This document shows, piece after piece, positions 1-12,350 of a DNA stretch of 64,000 nt (its first letter is position 1; every line of letters starts with the position of its first letter). Source of the stretch: Hemiscyllium ocellatum. Lineage: Eukaryota. A program made the position numbers and the translations under genes. Location of the stretch: assembly GCF_020745735.1 (NCBI RefSeq), contig NC_083417.1, forward strand, positions 63,612,001 through 63,676,000, read 5' to 3'. The notes beneath the pieces are model-generated. The model saw nothing but the letters and a program-made list of their open reading frames with translations. It was not told the origin of the DNA and did not search any database.

Positions 1-268
1 TTGCTTGGAAATGATGCAACCACAATATAGAGAAATGTTAGCAAAATATTTTCTATGTTCTATATATAGCAACATTTATGTAATTGGGAAGATAACTGAC
101 AAATGATATTTAATACTGAAAATGTGCAATCAGTGAAAATATTTAAAGTAACAAAACATTGGATTAAATACAAGTTTTGCGGTATGCTCGGAATAACGAC
201 TTGGAATTGACATAAGAGCAACCTCTTCCCAACAAGAGGGAATTATTGATAAACCAAGTATACATACA

Positions 269-458
269 CGGCAAAAGTGAGGACTGCAGATGCTGGGAAC
301 CAGAGATTAGATCAGAGTGGTGCTGGAAAAGCACAACTGGTCAGGTAGCACCCGAGGAGCAGGAAGATCAACGTTTCAGGCAAAAGCACTTCATCAGGAA
401 TCCTGATTAAGGGCTTTTGCCTGAAATATTGATTTCCCTGCTCCACGGATGCTGCCTG
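269..458. mobile_element. Penelope-type short non-autonomous element with inverted arms carrying degenerate hammerhead cores, flanked by a 16-bp target-site duplication
   Basis: ACCAAGTATACATACA occurs at 253-268 and 459-474. Arms ~338-399 and 401-462 are reverse complements. The minus arm reads CTGATGA...GAAACGTT and the plus arm CTGATTA...GAAATATT. Confidence 0.8.
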
Positions 459-3029
459 ACCAAGTATACATACAGCCAGGTCATTATTTCTATATAAGGA
501 CAGAGATTTTCTAACATTTTGTAATTATCTGATAAAACTATAATGTGCAACTATGGTCTTCATTTCTCAAAAGATAAAGACACTTGTGTTGGACTGGGTG
601 AACCCAAGTATTAAGGACACATTAGAACATTCAGATTAGGCTGTAAATTTGAAGAGAAGGGTAATTATGTGATATTGGTAAGACGCATTCAGCATTGATT
701 CCAACCAGTGGACTATTGGCTTAAATTGGTAAAATTTAAATTAAAAATTAGCTAACAATGATAAAGCTTTAGAGAGTTTGCAGGTTTAAATGCGAGTGAA
801 CAAAAGCTTAGATCAGTTGGAATCATGAAAGAGTGGATTCACTTTTCTCACTCTTGTCTAGTTTGGAATATTTTTGACACTACTTCTGTCCATATTCACC
901 CATTAATTTTAATGATATGATTAGAACTATATGTTTTATTTGGAGAACCTGCATCCTTTACAAAGAAACTCAAAACTCTATTTGGTAGAGGCTGCATACA
1001 GTTAGATTAGATGGTTTTTCCTTTCTTTGACATTTGTTTCATTCTTGCATACTATTTTGTTTCACATTCATGCATTCTTTATATCCGATGAACACTGAAA
1101 CTTTTTGTATGTCCAAACCATGTTGGTGGACAACACAGTTATATTTTTATGGATCATAAGATGCTTGTATTATTTTCTCAGCTTTGTGATGTTATTTGCT
1201 ACTTAATCACACAATTACTTAATGTGATTCAGACCCTGCAATCATATTGGGATTTGAAGTGTTTTCATGAAAATTGTAGCTGATTTTTACCTGTACAAAA
1301 GTAATGGTACATATTGAAAATAGCTTTTTAAAATGTACATGTCAAGTGGTTAAAAACCAATGCAGAAAAATCCCATTAATTTATTTGGAGAACATGGGCT
1401 TCCACTCTATAGGAAACCTGCTAATGCTTCCATATTGCCACATTTTCTAAAGTTGTATCCATTTAAATGGGCATACAACCATGAAGAAGAAAATGGAAAA
1501 TGGTCCAGTTTTTCATTTCACTGTAACCAAATCACAGAGTAGCAGGGCACAAATGTTTAACATTATGAAATGGTGGGACAGAGTATTTAGAACCAAAGTA
1601 TTTCCCTCAGTAATAATACAACTTCAAATGAGACAGAATGTAAGTTTCGATAATAAATGCAAGTGGTTTAGAACAAAGTCAAGATAGATATCTTTTCAGA
1701 GAGAGTTGAGATGCTGTGGGGTTCTTTTCAGGGTAATTTGCTAAAGCAACAAGCTATGGTGAAATGCAGGGTTAGACTGGTGATTATGTGAATGAAACAA
1801 GAAAAAGAGGTGAGATGAAGTACAAGGATAGCATGGATAGGTTGTCTCACATGGAAGGTGACTGTCAGTAGTGAATGAGTAACCATGGCCTTTACATTAC
1901 AGATACTGTACTGTGCTTATATGCTAGCTTGATTGCAAATTGTTCACTTGCTTCACTGAATTCCACATACAAAAAAGTTTTATCTAATCCCGAGTTTATC
2001 ATAGATGTGTTTAATCAGATTGTAACCATCTCTGTATGCTATAACCAGTAATGTTTTCTCTATTTGTACCGCTCCTTCATACATTTGATTGCAAATATTC
2101 TTCACTCTGATTCTACCTCAACATGTCACATTTGATTTCTAAATATCCATTCAGCAGTACCCCAATTTTTATTCATCAAAAGCCTGTTTACACCCCTAAC
2201 TATTCAATTCACTAGGACACTGATCCGATCTGGTTGAAGTACAGCCCTTCAAACTGATGAGCTCCCTTACTCCTCAGCACTGATTCCAGTTCCCCAGAAT
2301 GGAAGCCTTTCGTTGCTCCGACATTCTTTGAGGCGTACATTTAATTTTCTAACCTTTTTTTTGATTCAATGTCTATTGGCACATAGCTTAGGGCCTAGTA
2401 ATTATTAGCTTTCATTTTCTGCATTTTAATTTGTAAGCCAAATATATAAAAACTATCACAGCAAAACACCAATTTCAGTTCTACAAATGCATTTGGTATC
2501 TCAGTTGACCAACAGAATATTGGTGGAGCCTATTTAATTAGCCCTGAGCAAATTCCTTTTAAATTGTTTATCACACATATTTCAAAGGAAATCTAGAAGC
2601 TAAACAGCGAAAGCTTTATTTAGATAATATTTAATGCAATCAATTGCACGAAAACAATATTCTCAGATTCTCAGTGGTCAATACATAAAGGGAGAAAATT
2701 GTAACACATTGCTTTGACATGTATGGATCATTTTTGTTTTATGTCTTTACACTTCAGTGACAACATTGAGCTCTCAAGAATGTCTATTGCTTTTGTTTCA
2801 AAAAAGGAGTTGACTTGCTACTTTAATGTTTTTAAAGGAACCTAGATATGCTGCAAAACTTCAGATAAACCTGACATGAAACACAAAGATTAATTTCTAC
2901 AGGGTGAAGGAGGAACGTATACAGATATGATTCCTTGTTTATATAGTCTCTCAATTAAATTTAATGATCAGGAGTTTATTTCATCAGAACCTCACACGTT
3001 CAAAAAGATGTCTTCAAAAAAGAAGTAAT

Positions 3030-4330
3030 ATTAACAGTAGTCATAGAATCATAGAGATTTTACGGCATGGAAAAGGCCATCTCCTCAACACATCCACATG
3101 TGTTATCAAGCATGTATTCAAATCACATTCATCGTCACTCAGTCCATAGCCTAGAATGATATGGCATTCTCATCTCAGACTTTCTTACACTACAAACAGC
3201 AAAACACCAGGACTGCCTATATATTACACTGCTGGACACGTTGGCAGTCACAAAAACATAATTGAACCATCCCTTTCTGCCCCCTGCCACAAAGTCAAAT
3301 TTGGATCTCATTTGCCTCGGATCACCTGACTATTAGCTTCATAGTCAATCTGCCACATTAGATCTTGTCCAAAGCTGTACTTAAATTCATATCGTGCGCA
3401 TCTATTGTGTTATCCCTACATACACATTTAGACTTCATTGCAAAAGCTTCAGTCAAATGCTTTAGATATGACCTCCCACTGACAAAGCTGTGACTATATG
3501 TGATTAATTAATGTTACTCTTTGTGGAAATTAATTCTGAACATTAGAATCTTTTGTAATGGTTTCTCTAACATTGTGTTATACTCACTGGCCTGTAATCT
3601 CTTCCTGGCACCCTTCTTGAATAATGAAACCTCATTAGCTGTTCTTCAGTTTTCTGGCACTCCTCCTGTGTGAGAGAACATTTGAAAGTTATTGCCAGAA
3701 CCCTTGCCTGCCATAGTAGCCTGGATGTGTCTCAAATGGCCCTGTGGATTTCTCCACTTACAAGCCTGCTACAATTGTTACTACCTACTCTGTCTCAATG
3801 CTACTTTTTATTTGGTCTGTGATTTCTATACTCATGTTGTCTATCTTTTATCATGAATACAGATGCAAAGAAGACATTTTAAATCACAGCTATGTCCTTA
3901 TTGCTACTGGCACTCTTAATGAGGCCTGCTCTTTCCCTGGATATTTCCATGCAAACGATTTACTCACAAACATCTATAGATGTTCCACAATGTTACCTGC
4001 CAATGATTTTGTTTCATGTCACTCTCCTATCTCCGAAATTATTTCAGTAATCCCCTGCACTTCATACACTCCTCTCAGGCATCTATTGCTTTACAGCCTC
4101 TGTATAGCTACAATTCCTTCTGTCATCCTTGTCCTTATTCTGACATCCCACAACATCCAGGGTTCTCTGGAATGGTTCATCCCACCCTTCACTTTTCCAA
4201 GAACATATTTGACATGTACTCTCACTAGTGTCGTTTTAAATGACCTCTACTCCTCCGATGTGGATTTTCCTGCAAGTAATTGATCCCAGCCAACTTTGGC
4301 CAAAATCATGTATTGTCATGTTGAAATTGG
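3030..4330 (-). mobile_element. Decayed CR1-clade LINE ORF2 fragments
   Basis: Starts with a TAGAATCATAGA-type reversed LINE tail near 3042 and resembles the better-preserved CR1 copies in this window. The + strand ORF 3744-4283 is its antisense reading. Confidence 0.6.
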
Positions 4331-4624
4331 CATCCCTCCAATTCAGCGCCTTCCCTTTTCAGTCTATCGTTGTACTTATCTATAATTATGTTTAATCCGA
4401 CTGAATTATGGTCGCCATCACCGAAACGCGCCTCAGTTGACACGTGCTACTTCTCCTGCTTCTTCCTCTGAAGTTTGCTCCAGCATCGGGCCGTACACCG
4501 CTCCACCTTACCTCCCGGCATTCCAAACTTCCTTCATTAGACTTTCGAATGTTGCCTTCAATGCTCTCTCGAATATATTTTAGGATATGGAGATGCTGTT
4601 GTTGGCTCGGGTTGGACAAAGTCC

Positions 4625-4791
4625 GATGTCACGCAACATCAAGTTATAGTCCAACAGGTTTATTTGAAATCATAAGCTTTTGGAGCCCTCCTCCTTCCTC
4701 AGGTGAAGTGACGAAGGATGAGCGCTCCGAAAGCTTGTAATTTCAAATAACTTCAAATTTCTTGGTCTATAACCTGGTGTCGTGTGACATC
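4625..4791. mobile_element. Penelope-type short element, inverted-repeat form, degenerate hammerhead cores
   Basis: GATGTCACGCAACATCAAGTTATAG at the left end is complementary to CTATAACCTGGTGTCGTGTGACATC at the right end. The centre contains GTGACGAAGG...CTCCGAAAGCTT. Confidence 0.7.
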
Positions 4792-5288
4792 TGAATATAT
4801 TTTAAGAATTGCCCCTCTAAGATTTTCACACGTCGTTTATCCTCCAGACGGGGAAGCAAAGGGGTGCAAAAACAAATAAGAAATTGGAAAGTGAAGCAAA
4901 AGCAGAGTCAGAGACAAATAGCAACATGAAATATAGCAAAAGCAAATTTGACAATCATCATAATTTGTGACTCGAGCAAAGTCACGGGAGTTAGACGCAT
5001 TTTATTTTATAGTCTTTTTCCGCTTTGCTAAGACGACAAAACTGACAGTTTATTGAAATCAATGAGTAGTGTTACAGAAGTAATGATAATCCTTAAACTT
5101 TGGGCAGGAGTAATGTTCCTAAGTCTGAGCCAAGAGGCCCGTGTTCAAGTGTACCTGCTCCGGAGATTTGAATTAATATCGCTGAACAGATTAGAAAATA
5201 TCACGTGCGTCTTTACCTTTCTCCACTAGATGGCACTGCATTCTCGTCAAGATTGGAAGTGGTCTACGACTTCTCAGTTACATCAACC

Positions 5289-5368
5289 ACCTGGTGAAGG
5301 AGCGGCGCTCCGAAAGCTAGTGCTTCCACTTAAACCTGTTGGGCTATAACCTGGTGTCGTGTGATTTT
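5289..5368 (+). mobile_element. Single-arm copy of the same Penelope-type short element
   Basis: CTGGTGAAGGAGCGGCGCTCCGAAAGCTAG followed by CTATAACCTGGTGTCGTGTGATTTTT, matching the right arm of 4625-4791. Confidence 0.65.
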
Positions 5369-6222
5369 TTTTAACCAATTACATCAATGCAGCAAAAATA
5401 TTCTTTTTCTTCCTAGCAGGAGTGTACCCGGATTGGGAAACATGCTGCTACATTTAATGAGTCTACTTTTGTCAGCTGTGTTGAATTCGCCGTGAAATTG
5501 TTAACTAAGTATGAAGTGATGTATGACAATTAAAGACAATCTGATGTAGAAATAATTATTTATTTTTTCATGTTTCCATTTGGAAAACTGCAAAATATTT
5601 CAGCAATGAAATATAGCCACGTGATTCATACAAGCACACCAGATGTTGCTCTGGTATTGCCTTTGTCACATTTTCTCAGATCTATTTTGTAATTTGGTTT
5701 AAATGTAATGACATGGTCACAAAGTAACGAAAGAGACAAAAGCATTCAAACCAATATGATAAGCAAAGATATTCGACGGAGCCATACTGGAAAGCCATGT
5801 TTCCAATGTGAAATGACGATATATGTATTTCAGCTGAAATCATTTACACTCATTCAAATACAAACTGAATTCATTTCAGGAAACGACTTTTTGAGATACA
5901 GTACATGGGCAATTTGAAACATGGCGTGATAAGTGCCACATGATTGAGAGCAGTAGATTAGTTTCGACTGGGTCAGGAACTGATGGACTGAGTTTAAAAA
6001 AAAACACTGTCATAACTAATCAACATCAGAATCACTGTATCATCCAACAACCGTTGGTTAGATAGATCTTACAATTTTTATCTTTTTTTGTCCAATAGTT
6101 CCTACGTTTCCTAAGTAGATCAATTCATTTTTATTACTGACATCTATTACAGTAAAATTGAGATCGTCTGAATGATGCTCATTCTAGTATTGGAGTTTTA
6201 TTGTGTTTCATCTACGTTGCAG

Positions 6223-6336
6223 GTACAGGCATTGCCTCCTGCAGTTACGGAATCTTTGATATTGTCGTGGGTTCTCTGGCAATCATAATATTGTTGCTTA
6301 TCCTGGCTGACGATTTCATATTGTGGAGAGATACAG
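6223..6336 (+). CDS. Gene A: transmembrane exon of the VJ-C1 receptor family (no matching 5' exons found in the window)
   Basis: TTGCAG acceptor, GTAAGA donor, 114 nt, phase 1-1, same length as the gene B TM exon. Encodes GTGIASCSYGIFDIVVGSLAIIILLLILADDFILWRDT; VVGSLAII aligns with MVGRLAFL (B) and VMGGLAIL (C). Confidence 0.75.
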
Positions 6337-6384
6337 GTAAGAGTCGCTGGTTTAACTAGATAGTTCAAATTAAACAGTTCAGAA

Positions 6385-6535
6385 AATGGAAAGATATGCA
6401 AAATACTGCGAATGCTGGAAATCTGACTTAATATAAGATTTGTTGAGAGAAACCGTTAACGTTTCGAATCTACTACAACTCTTCTTCAGATGTTGCCACA
6501 AATATATGGAGTTTCTCCAGAAATTTTCTGTTTTA
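6385..6535 (-). mobile_element. Penelope-type short element with a hammerhead core (6456-6489, minus strand)
   Basis: Minus strand reads CTGAAGA-A-GAGT-TGTAGTAG-ATTC-GAAA-CGTT. Flanked by the AAATACTGCGAATGCTGGAAATCTG end typical of these repeats. Confidence 0.6.
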
Positions 6536-7351
6536 AATTTGCAAAAACAAAGTTACTTTTTTCCTTTAAGTTTTAACGTTTTTATTTAGAAGATATAGTT
6601 GTACACGTCCCATTAAAATTTTGGAAATCAGCTGAATATTTTTAAACATTTGAGGATATCAGTCATGCGGAACTTAAGAGTTATTCTTTTAGATACATAT
6701 CAAGCTCAAGAGGGCAAAGGGTGTCTTAACTGAATGTCAGAATTCTGTTTCCTGTCCAGCTACAAATAGTTAGCTCAATTACTTCACTTGTACAATTACG
6801 AAATTAGAAAGTTAAATATGAAGTCCGAGTGTCCTGTAGGTTGAGTTTATTCTAATTGGATTTGAACAGCATGAAGCCAAAACTCCTTAAGTTTTACCCA
6901 GCACCAGCATTGTTGTCAGGAATGTGACTTCATGTATATACAGTATCAGATACAAATCAAATACTATTTGTTTTTTTTGTTGGTCTTCACCCAAACTCGT
7001 TTAATCTTTGGTAATATTTCACCTTTGAAACTGTCCTATGCATTACCATAGAATACCATTCTTTGTTTCTCTAAGTTGTTATTAAGTTAAAAAAAACCTA
7101 TGGTTTGAAAGAACAATATTGGGAAGTAGCCACGTCTTTTTTTTTACTTAGGTGGTTGCATTTCCCGTTATTTATCTGGAAAGACTTTATTACCTATTGA
7201 TGCAAGTGTTTTTTTTAAATCAAACATCTTAAAGTATAGAACATAGAACAAAACAGGATATAGGATAGCCACGACTGGGGCTTAAATATCGAGGGGAATT
7301 AGAGTACTTGGAAGGACAGAGAGGAAGATAAGGGAGGTGGTGTAGCTCTGA

Positions 7352-10300
7352 TAGAACATAGGACAATATAGCACAGAACAGGCCCTTCAGCCCTTGAGGT
7401 TGCACCAACTAGTGAACTTTCCTAAGCCATTCCCCTATACTAATCCATCATCATCTATGTGTTTATCCAAGGATTGTTTAAATCTCCCTAATGTGGCTGA
7501 GTTAACTACATTGGAAGGCATGACTTTCCACACCCTTACCAATCCCTGAGGAAAGGAGTGCCTCTGACATCTGTCTTAAATCTATCAACCCTCAATTTAT
7601 AGCTATGCCTCCTCATACAAGCTGACGTCATCATCCTACGAAAGAGACCTCCACTGTCTGCCCGATCTTATCCTCTGGTCATCTTGTATGTCTTTATCAA
7701 ATCCCCTCTTAGCCTTCTTCATTCCAATGAGAACGGACCGAAGTCTCTCAGCCTTTCCTCATAAGACCTTCCCTCCAGACCAGGGAATATCCTCGTAAGT
7801 ATTCTCCTCACCTTTTCCAATGTTTCCACATCCTTCCGGTAATGGGGTGTCCAGAACTGTACATAATATTCCAAGTGTGGCATTTTGTATAGAGGCAGCA
7901 TGACTTTACATATCCAGGACTCAATCCCTCTACCAATAAAACCTAACACACCATATGCCTTCTTAACAGCACTCTCAACCTGGGTGTTTCAGTGATCTAT
8001 GTACATGGATTCCAAGACCACTCAGCAAATCCACACTACCAAGAATGTTTCTATTGGCCCAGTACTCTGCCTTCCTGTCATTTTTCCCAAAGCGAATTAC
8101 CTCACATTTAGCTGTGTTGAACTCCATTTGCCAGCTCTCAGTCCAACTTTGCAGTTAATCCAAGGCCCTTGCAACCTGCAACATTCTTCCACCGACTTTA
8201 GTGTCATCTGCAAACTTATGAACCCATCCACCTATGACTGTGTCTAAGTCATTTGTAAAAATGACAAACAACAGTGATCCCAAAGCAGATCCTTGTGGCA
8301 CACCACTAGTAACCAGACTCCAGGATAAATATTTTCCATTAACCATCACTCACTACCTTTGTACAAAAAGCAAGTTTCTAATCCAAGCTGCTAAATCACC
8401 CTTAATCCCATGCTTCTGCATTTTCTCCAACAGCCTATCATGTGGAATTTTATCAAAGGCCTTACTGAAGTCCACGTGCACCACGTTAACTGCTCTACCC
8501 TCATTCACATATTTGGTCTCCTTCTCAAAAAACCCAGAGGTTTGTGTGACATGACCTGCCATTGACGAAACCATGTTGACTATCTGCAATCAAATTTTGC
8601 TTCCTCAATGATTATAAATCCCATCTCTTATAATCCTTTCCAAAAATTTTCCTACAACAGATGTAAGGCTCACTGGTCTATAATTACCTGGGTCATTTCC
8701 ACTGACCTTCTTGAACAAGGGCACAGCATTTTTAATCCTCCAGTCGTCTGGTACTAAACCTGTAGACAATGATGACTCAAAGATCAAAGCCAAAGGCTCC
8801 AACATCTCCCTATTTTCCCAGAGACTCCTTGGATAAATCCCATCTGGTCCAGGGAACTTTCACTCCTTCCAGAATTAACAACACCTCCTTACTAACCTTG
8901 ATCCTTTCTAGTCTAATATGTCATGTCTCATTCGTCTCCTCTACAATATTCTCATATTCCTGAGTGAAAACCAATGAGAAATATTCGTTTAGCACCTCTC
9001 TGATCTCCACAGGATCCAACACAACTTCCCCCTTCTGTCTTTGACTGGCCCTTTTCCTACCCTCGTCATCCCTTTATTCCTCACAAACCTATAGAACGCC
9101 TTTTGGTTCTCCTTTACTCTACCTGCTAAAGGCAGCTCATGTCCTCTCTCTGGTCTTCTTAACTCTCTCTTTAAATCCTTCGTCGCTAATCTGTAGTTCT
9201 CCATCGCCTCATCTGAACCATCTCATCTCATTGTCACATAAGCCTCCTTCTTCCCCTTAACAAGAGATGTAATTTCTGTAGTAAATCACGTTTCCCTTAA
9301 TTTATCACTTCCTCTCTGTTTGACAGGGACATACCAATGAAGGACATGCAATATCTATTCCTTAAACCAGCTCCACATTTCGATTGTCCCCTTCTCCTGC
9401 ATTTTGCTACCCCATTCTAAGCATCCTATATCTTGCCTAATCGCATTATAATTGCCCTTCCCCTACTGATAACTCTTGCCCTGTGACAAGTACCTATCCC
9501 TTTCCATTGCTAAACCAAATGTAACCAAATTATGCTCACTTTCTCCAAAGTGCTCACCTACAACTAAATCAACACATGACCTAGTTCATTACCAAGCATG
9601 AGATCCAGTGTGGCCTCCCTCTTGTTGGCCCTTTGACAAACTGTCAGGAAACCTCCTGCACACATTAGACAAAAACTGATGTATCCAACGTACAAGAGTT
9701 ATAGCATTTCCAGTCAATTTGGGGAAGTTAAAGACCCCATAATGACAACCCTGTTCCTTTCACTCCAACCCAGAATCGTTATGCTGATCCTCTCCTCCAC
9801 ATCTCTGGAACTCTGTGGAGGCCTACAACAAAACTCCCAGCAGTGTGACCTCTCCTCCCCTGTTTCTAACCTCAGACCATACTACCACAGTAGACGAGTC
9901 CTCATCAAAAGTTATTTCAGCAAACGTTATTCTGTTCTTGATCAACAAGGCCACAGCTCCCCCTTTTATCCAGTCTTTTGTGTTCTGAATGAAAGATCTA
10001 AACCCTGGGACCTGCAACATGCATTTCTTACCCTGCTCTATCCATGTCTCCAAAATGGCCACAACATCGAAGTATCAGGTACCTATCCATGCCGGAAGCT
10101 CACCTACCTTATTTTGGAAACCTCTGGCGTTGAAGTAGAAACACTTCGAACCAGCTTGCTGTCTGCCAGCACATTCCTGTGGCTGCGAAATCCTGCCCAT
10201 GTCCTCCCTACTCTCATGCTCCTGTGCACTGGAATTGCACCTCAGTTTCCCAACCCCTTGCTGAGCTAGTTTAAACCAACCCAAATAGCAGCAACACATT

Positions 10301-11070
10301 TCCAACCAAGGATATTAGTATCCCTCTGGTTCAAGTGAAGACTGTCCTGTTTAGAGGTCCTACCTTCTCCAGAATATCAATGTATCAATTATCACTGTAC
10401 CTGAAACCCCTCCTCCTGCACTACCCCTGCAGCCACGTGTTCAGGAGATATCTCTCCCTGTTCCTTACCTGGATATCACGTGGCCTGGGTAACAAACCAA
10501 AGATAATAACTCTGTTTGTTCTAGCTTTTAGTTTCCACCCTAACTCCCCAAAATCCTGCCTTACATCCCTATCTCTCTTTCTACCTATGTCGTTGGTGCC
10601 TACATGGACTACGACTCGGGGCTGGTGACCCTCTCCCTTCAGGACCTCAAAGACAAACCTGAGACATTACAGGCCCTGGCACCTGGGGGGCAACACACCA
10701 ACCGTGAGTTTCATTCATTCCCAAAAAACCTTCTATCTGACTTTCTAATTGAGTGCCCAATAACTAGCACTCTCCTCCTTTCCCTCATTCCCTTCTGTGC
10801 AACAGGGACAGATTCTGTGCCAGAGATCTGCACCCACTGCATGCCCCTGGTAAGTCATCTGCTCCGAAAGTATCCAAAATGGTATGCTTATGTTTCAGGG
10901 GAATGACCACAGCGGATCCCTCCACTGACTATTTTTTCCCCTTTCAAATGGTTACCCAGCTTTCTTCATGCCTAGGAGTAACTCATTCCCTGTAACTCTT
11001 ATCCATCACAGCCTCTGCCTCCTGAAAAATCTGAAGTTCATCCAGCTCCCGCTCCAGTTCCCTAACACAG
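7352..11070 (-). mobile_element. Long CR1-clade (HER1-type) LINE: endonuclease + reverse transcriptase, frameshifted, with upstream ORF1-side sequence
   Basis: Minus-strand ORF pieces: GGAVALLIK (APE endonuclease), PLFKK..DPGNYRPVSLTS, VDFSKAFDKIPH, VTSGVPQGSALG..KFADDTK, YYVQFWTPHYRKDVETLEKV. ATAGAACATAG tail at 7352. Confidence 0.92.
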
Positions 11071-12174
11071 TCGTGTTTCTTTGTCATTCTCAGATATAGC
11101 TCATATGATCAGAAATAATTAGAAACAGGTCAGTGATGCATCAAAATTTATGCAACAGTTTGCTGATTTTAGATGGGGCCAAAATTTATATTTGTCTACG
11201 TTTAAAGTACTTGAAAAAATGAAGGGCTTAGCCTTTTTCACAAAGCATTATATTAGAACTACAAAACACTAGTTAATACAAATTGTACCATGTAATGCTG
11301 ACATGAAATCTCTTATTCAGTGATTTGCTGGCACAAATGCTACTGGTAATTAGATATTAAGCACACAAAGTACGTCAGATACTTACAAGATGCAGCTACA
11401 ATCATATGGAATACACTAAATGTAAATAAACTTTACCTGAAATTTGTTCTGTTTGAAAATACCAGAACCCTGAGGAGTAAGAATAATTAACTGGGCACAA
11501 CAAATTCAATAGGCATGAGAATACATGTGACACAGGCAAATTGGAATCAGAGGTTGGCAGACAGAACTGTAACCGAACACTGAGATGTCCTAGAAGAGAA
11601 ACAAATTCAAGCATATTCATGGTACATTATGAGACTAATGGGAAAGTAGGAAAAGCAATTCCAGAGCTCCTTGAGTGACAAAATATGTAGAGATCAAATG
11701 AAGAAAATTCGTATTTATGAAAGAAGTGGCGTGGATGAATTAGCTTAGATCCCCCAGACAGAGCATAGACAGCCTACAGGAGAATTGGAAATAAAAATCA
11801 AATACCAGATGTAAAAGGATGGGTGTGAGAAGAAAATGGTAGCTAAATAAATGAGATAGTGAAATACTGCTAAAAAGAGGAGTGAGGCTGATTAAGGGTG
11901 AAAAAGTGAATTTATACATGGAGAAAGGGGGCATGCCTGAGTAATTGCATGGATACTTTCTTTCCTCCTGTACCAAGGAAGAAGGTACTGTGCAGTCCAT
12001 TGCGAGAAAGCAAGTGTTTTCGACTCGTGAATGGTTTAACATCGAAAAGAAGAAGATATTGGATAGGATGCCAATACCTGCGGTTTATCAGCACCAGTAA
12101 TGGAAGCGATGCATCCAATGATACTAAAAAAAAGTGAGTGTAGGTGTGGGGCGTTGTGTGGTGTCTTGTGCAGA

Positions 12175-12350
12175 GCTTCAAGATAATGAGGACTCCAGAT
12201 GCTGTCGCATCGAAGTTAATAAAGTGTTACGCTGAAAAGATCAAAACAGGCTAGACAGCAGAACTCTGAGAGGTCCTGCTCGAAAAGTCGATTCTCTTGC
12301 TCCTCGCATGGTACCTGACCTGTTGTACTTTTTCCAGTGCCACTATTCTG
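12175..12350. mobile_element. Degenerate Penelope-type short element (same family as 269-458)
   Basis: GAGGACTCCAGATGCTG...CTCGAAAAGTCGATTCTCTTGCTCCTCGCATGGTACCTGACCTG matches 269-458 and 53608-53732. Confidence 0.55.

Noticed and set aside
3744-4283. 179-aa + strand ORF
   Set aside because: Antisense reading of a decayed CR1 ORF2; no independent protein features.
9679-10269. 196-aa + strand ORF
   Set aside because: Antisense to the CR1 endonuclease region.
11094-11128. AG/GT-bounded 35-nt segment starting DIAHM, like the gene B TM exon
   Set aside because: In-frame stop after nine codons, no TM, and it abuts a LINE end. A 15/17-nt match is not convincing given how many sites were scanned.
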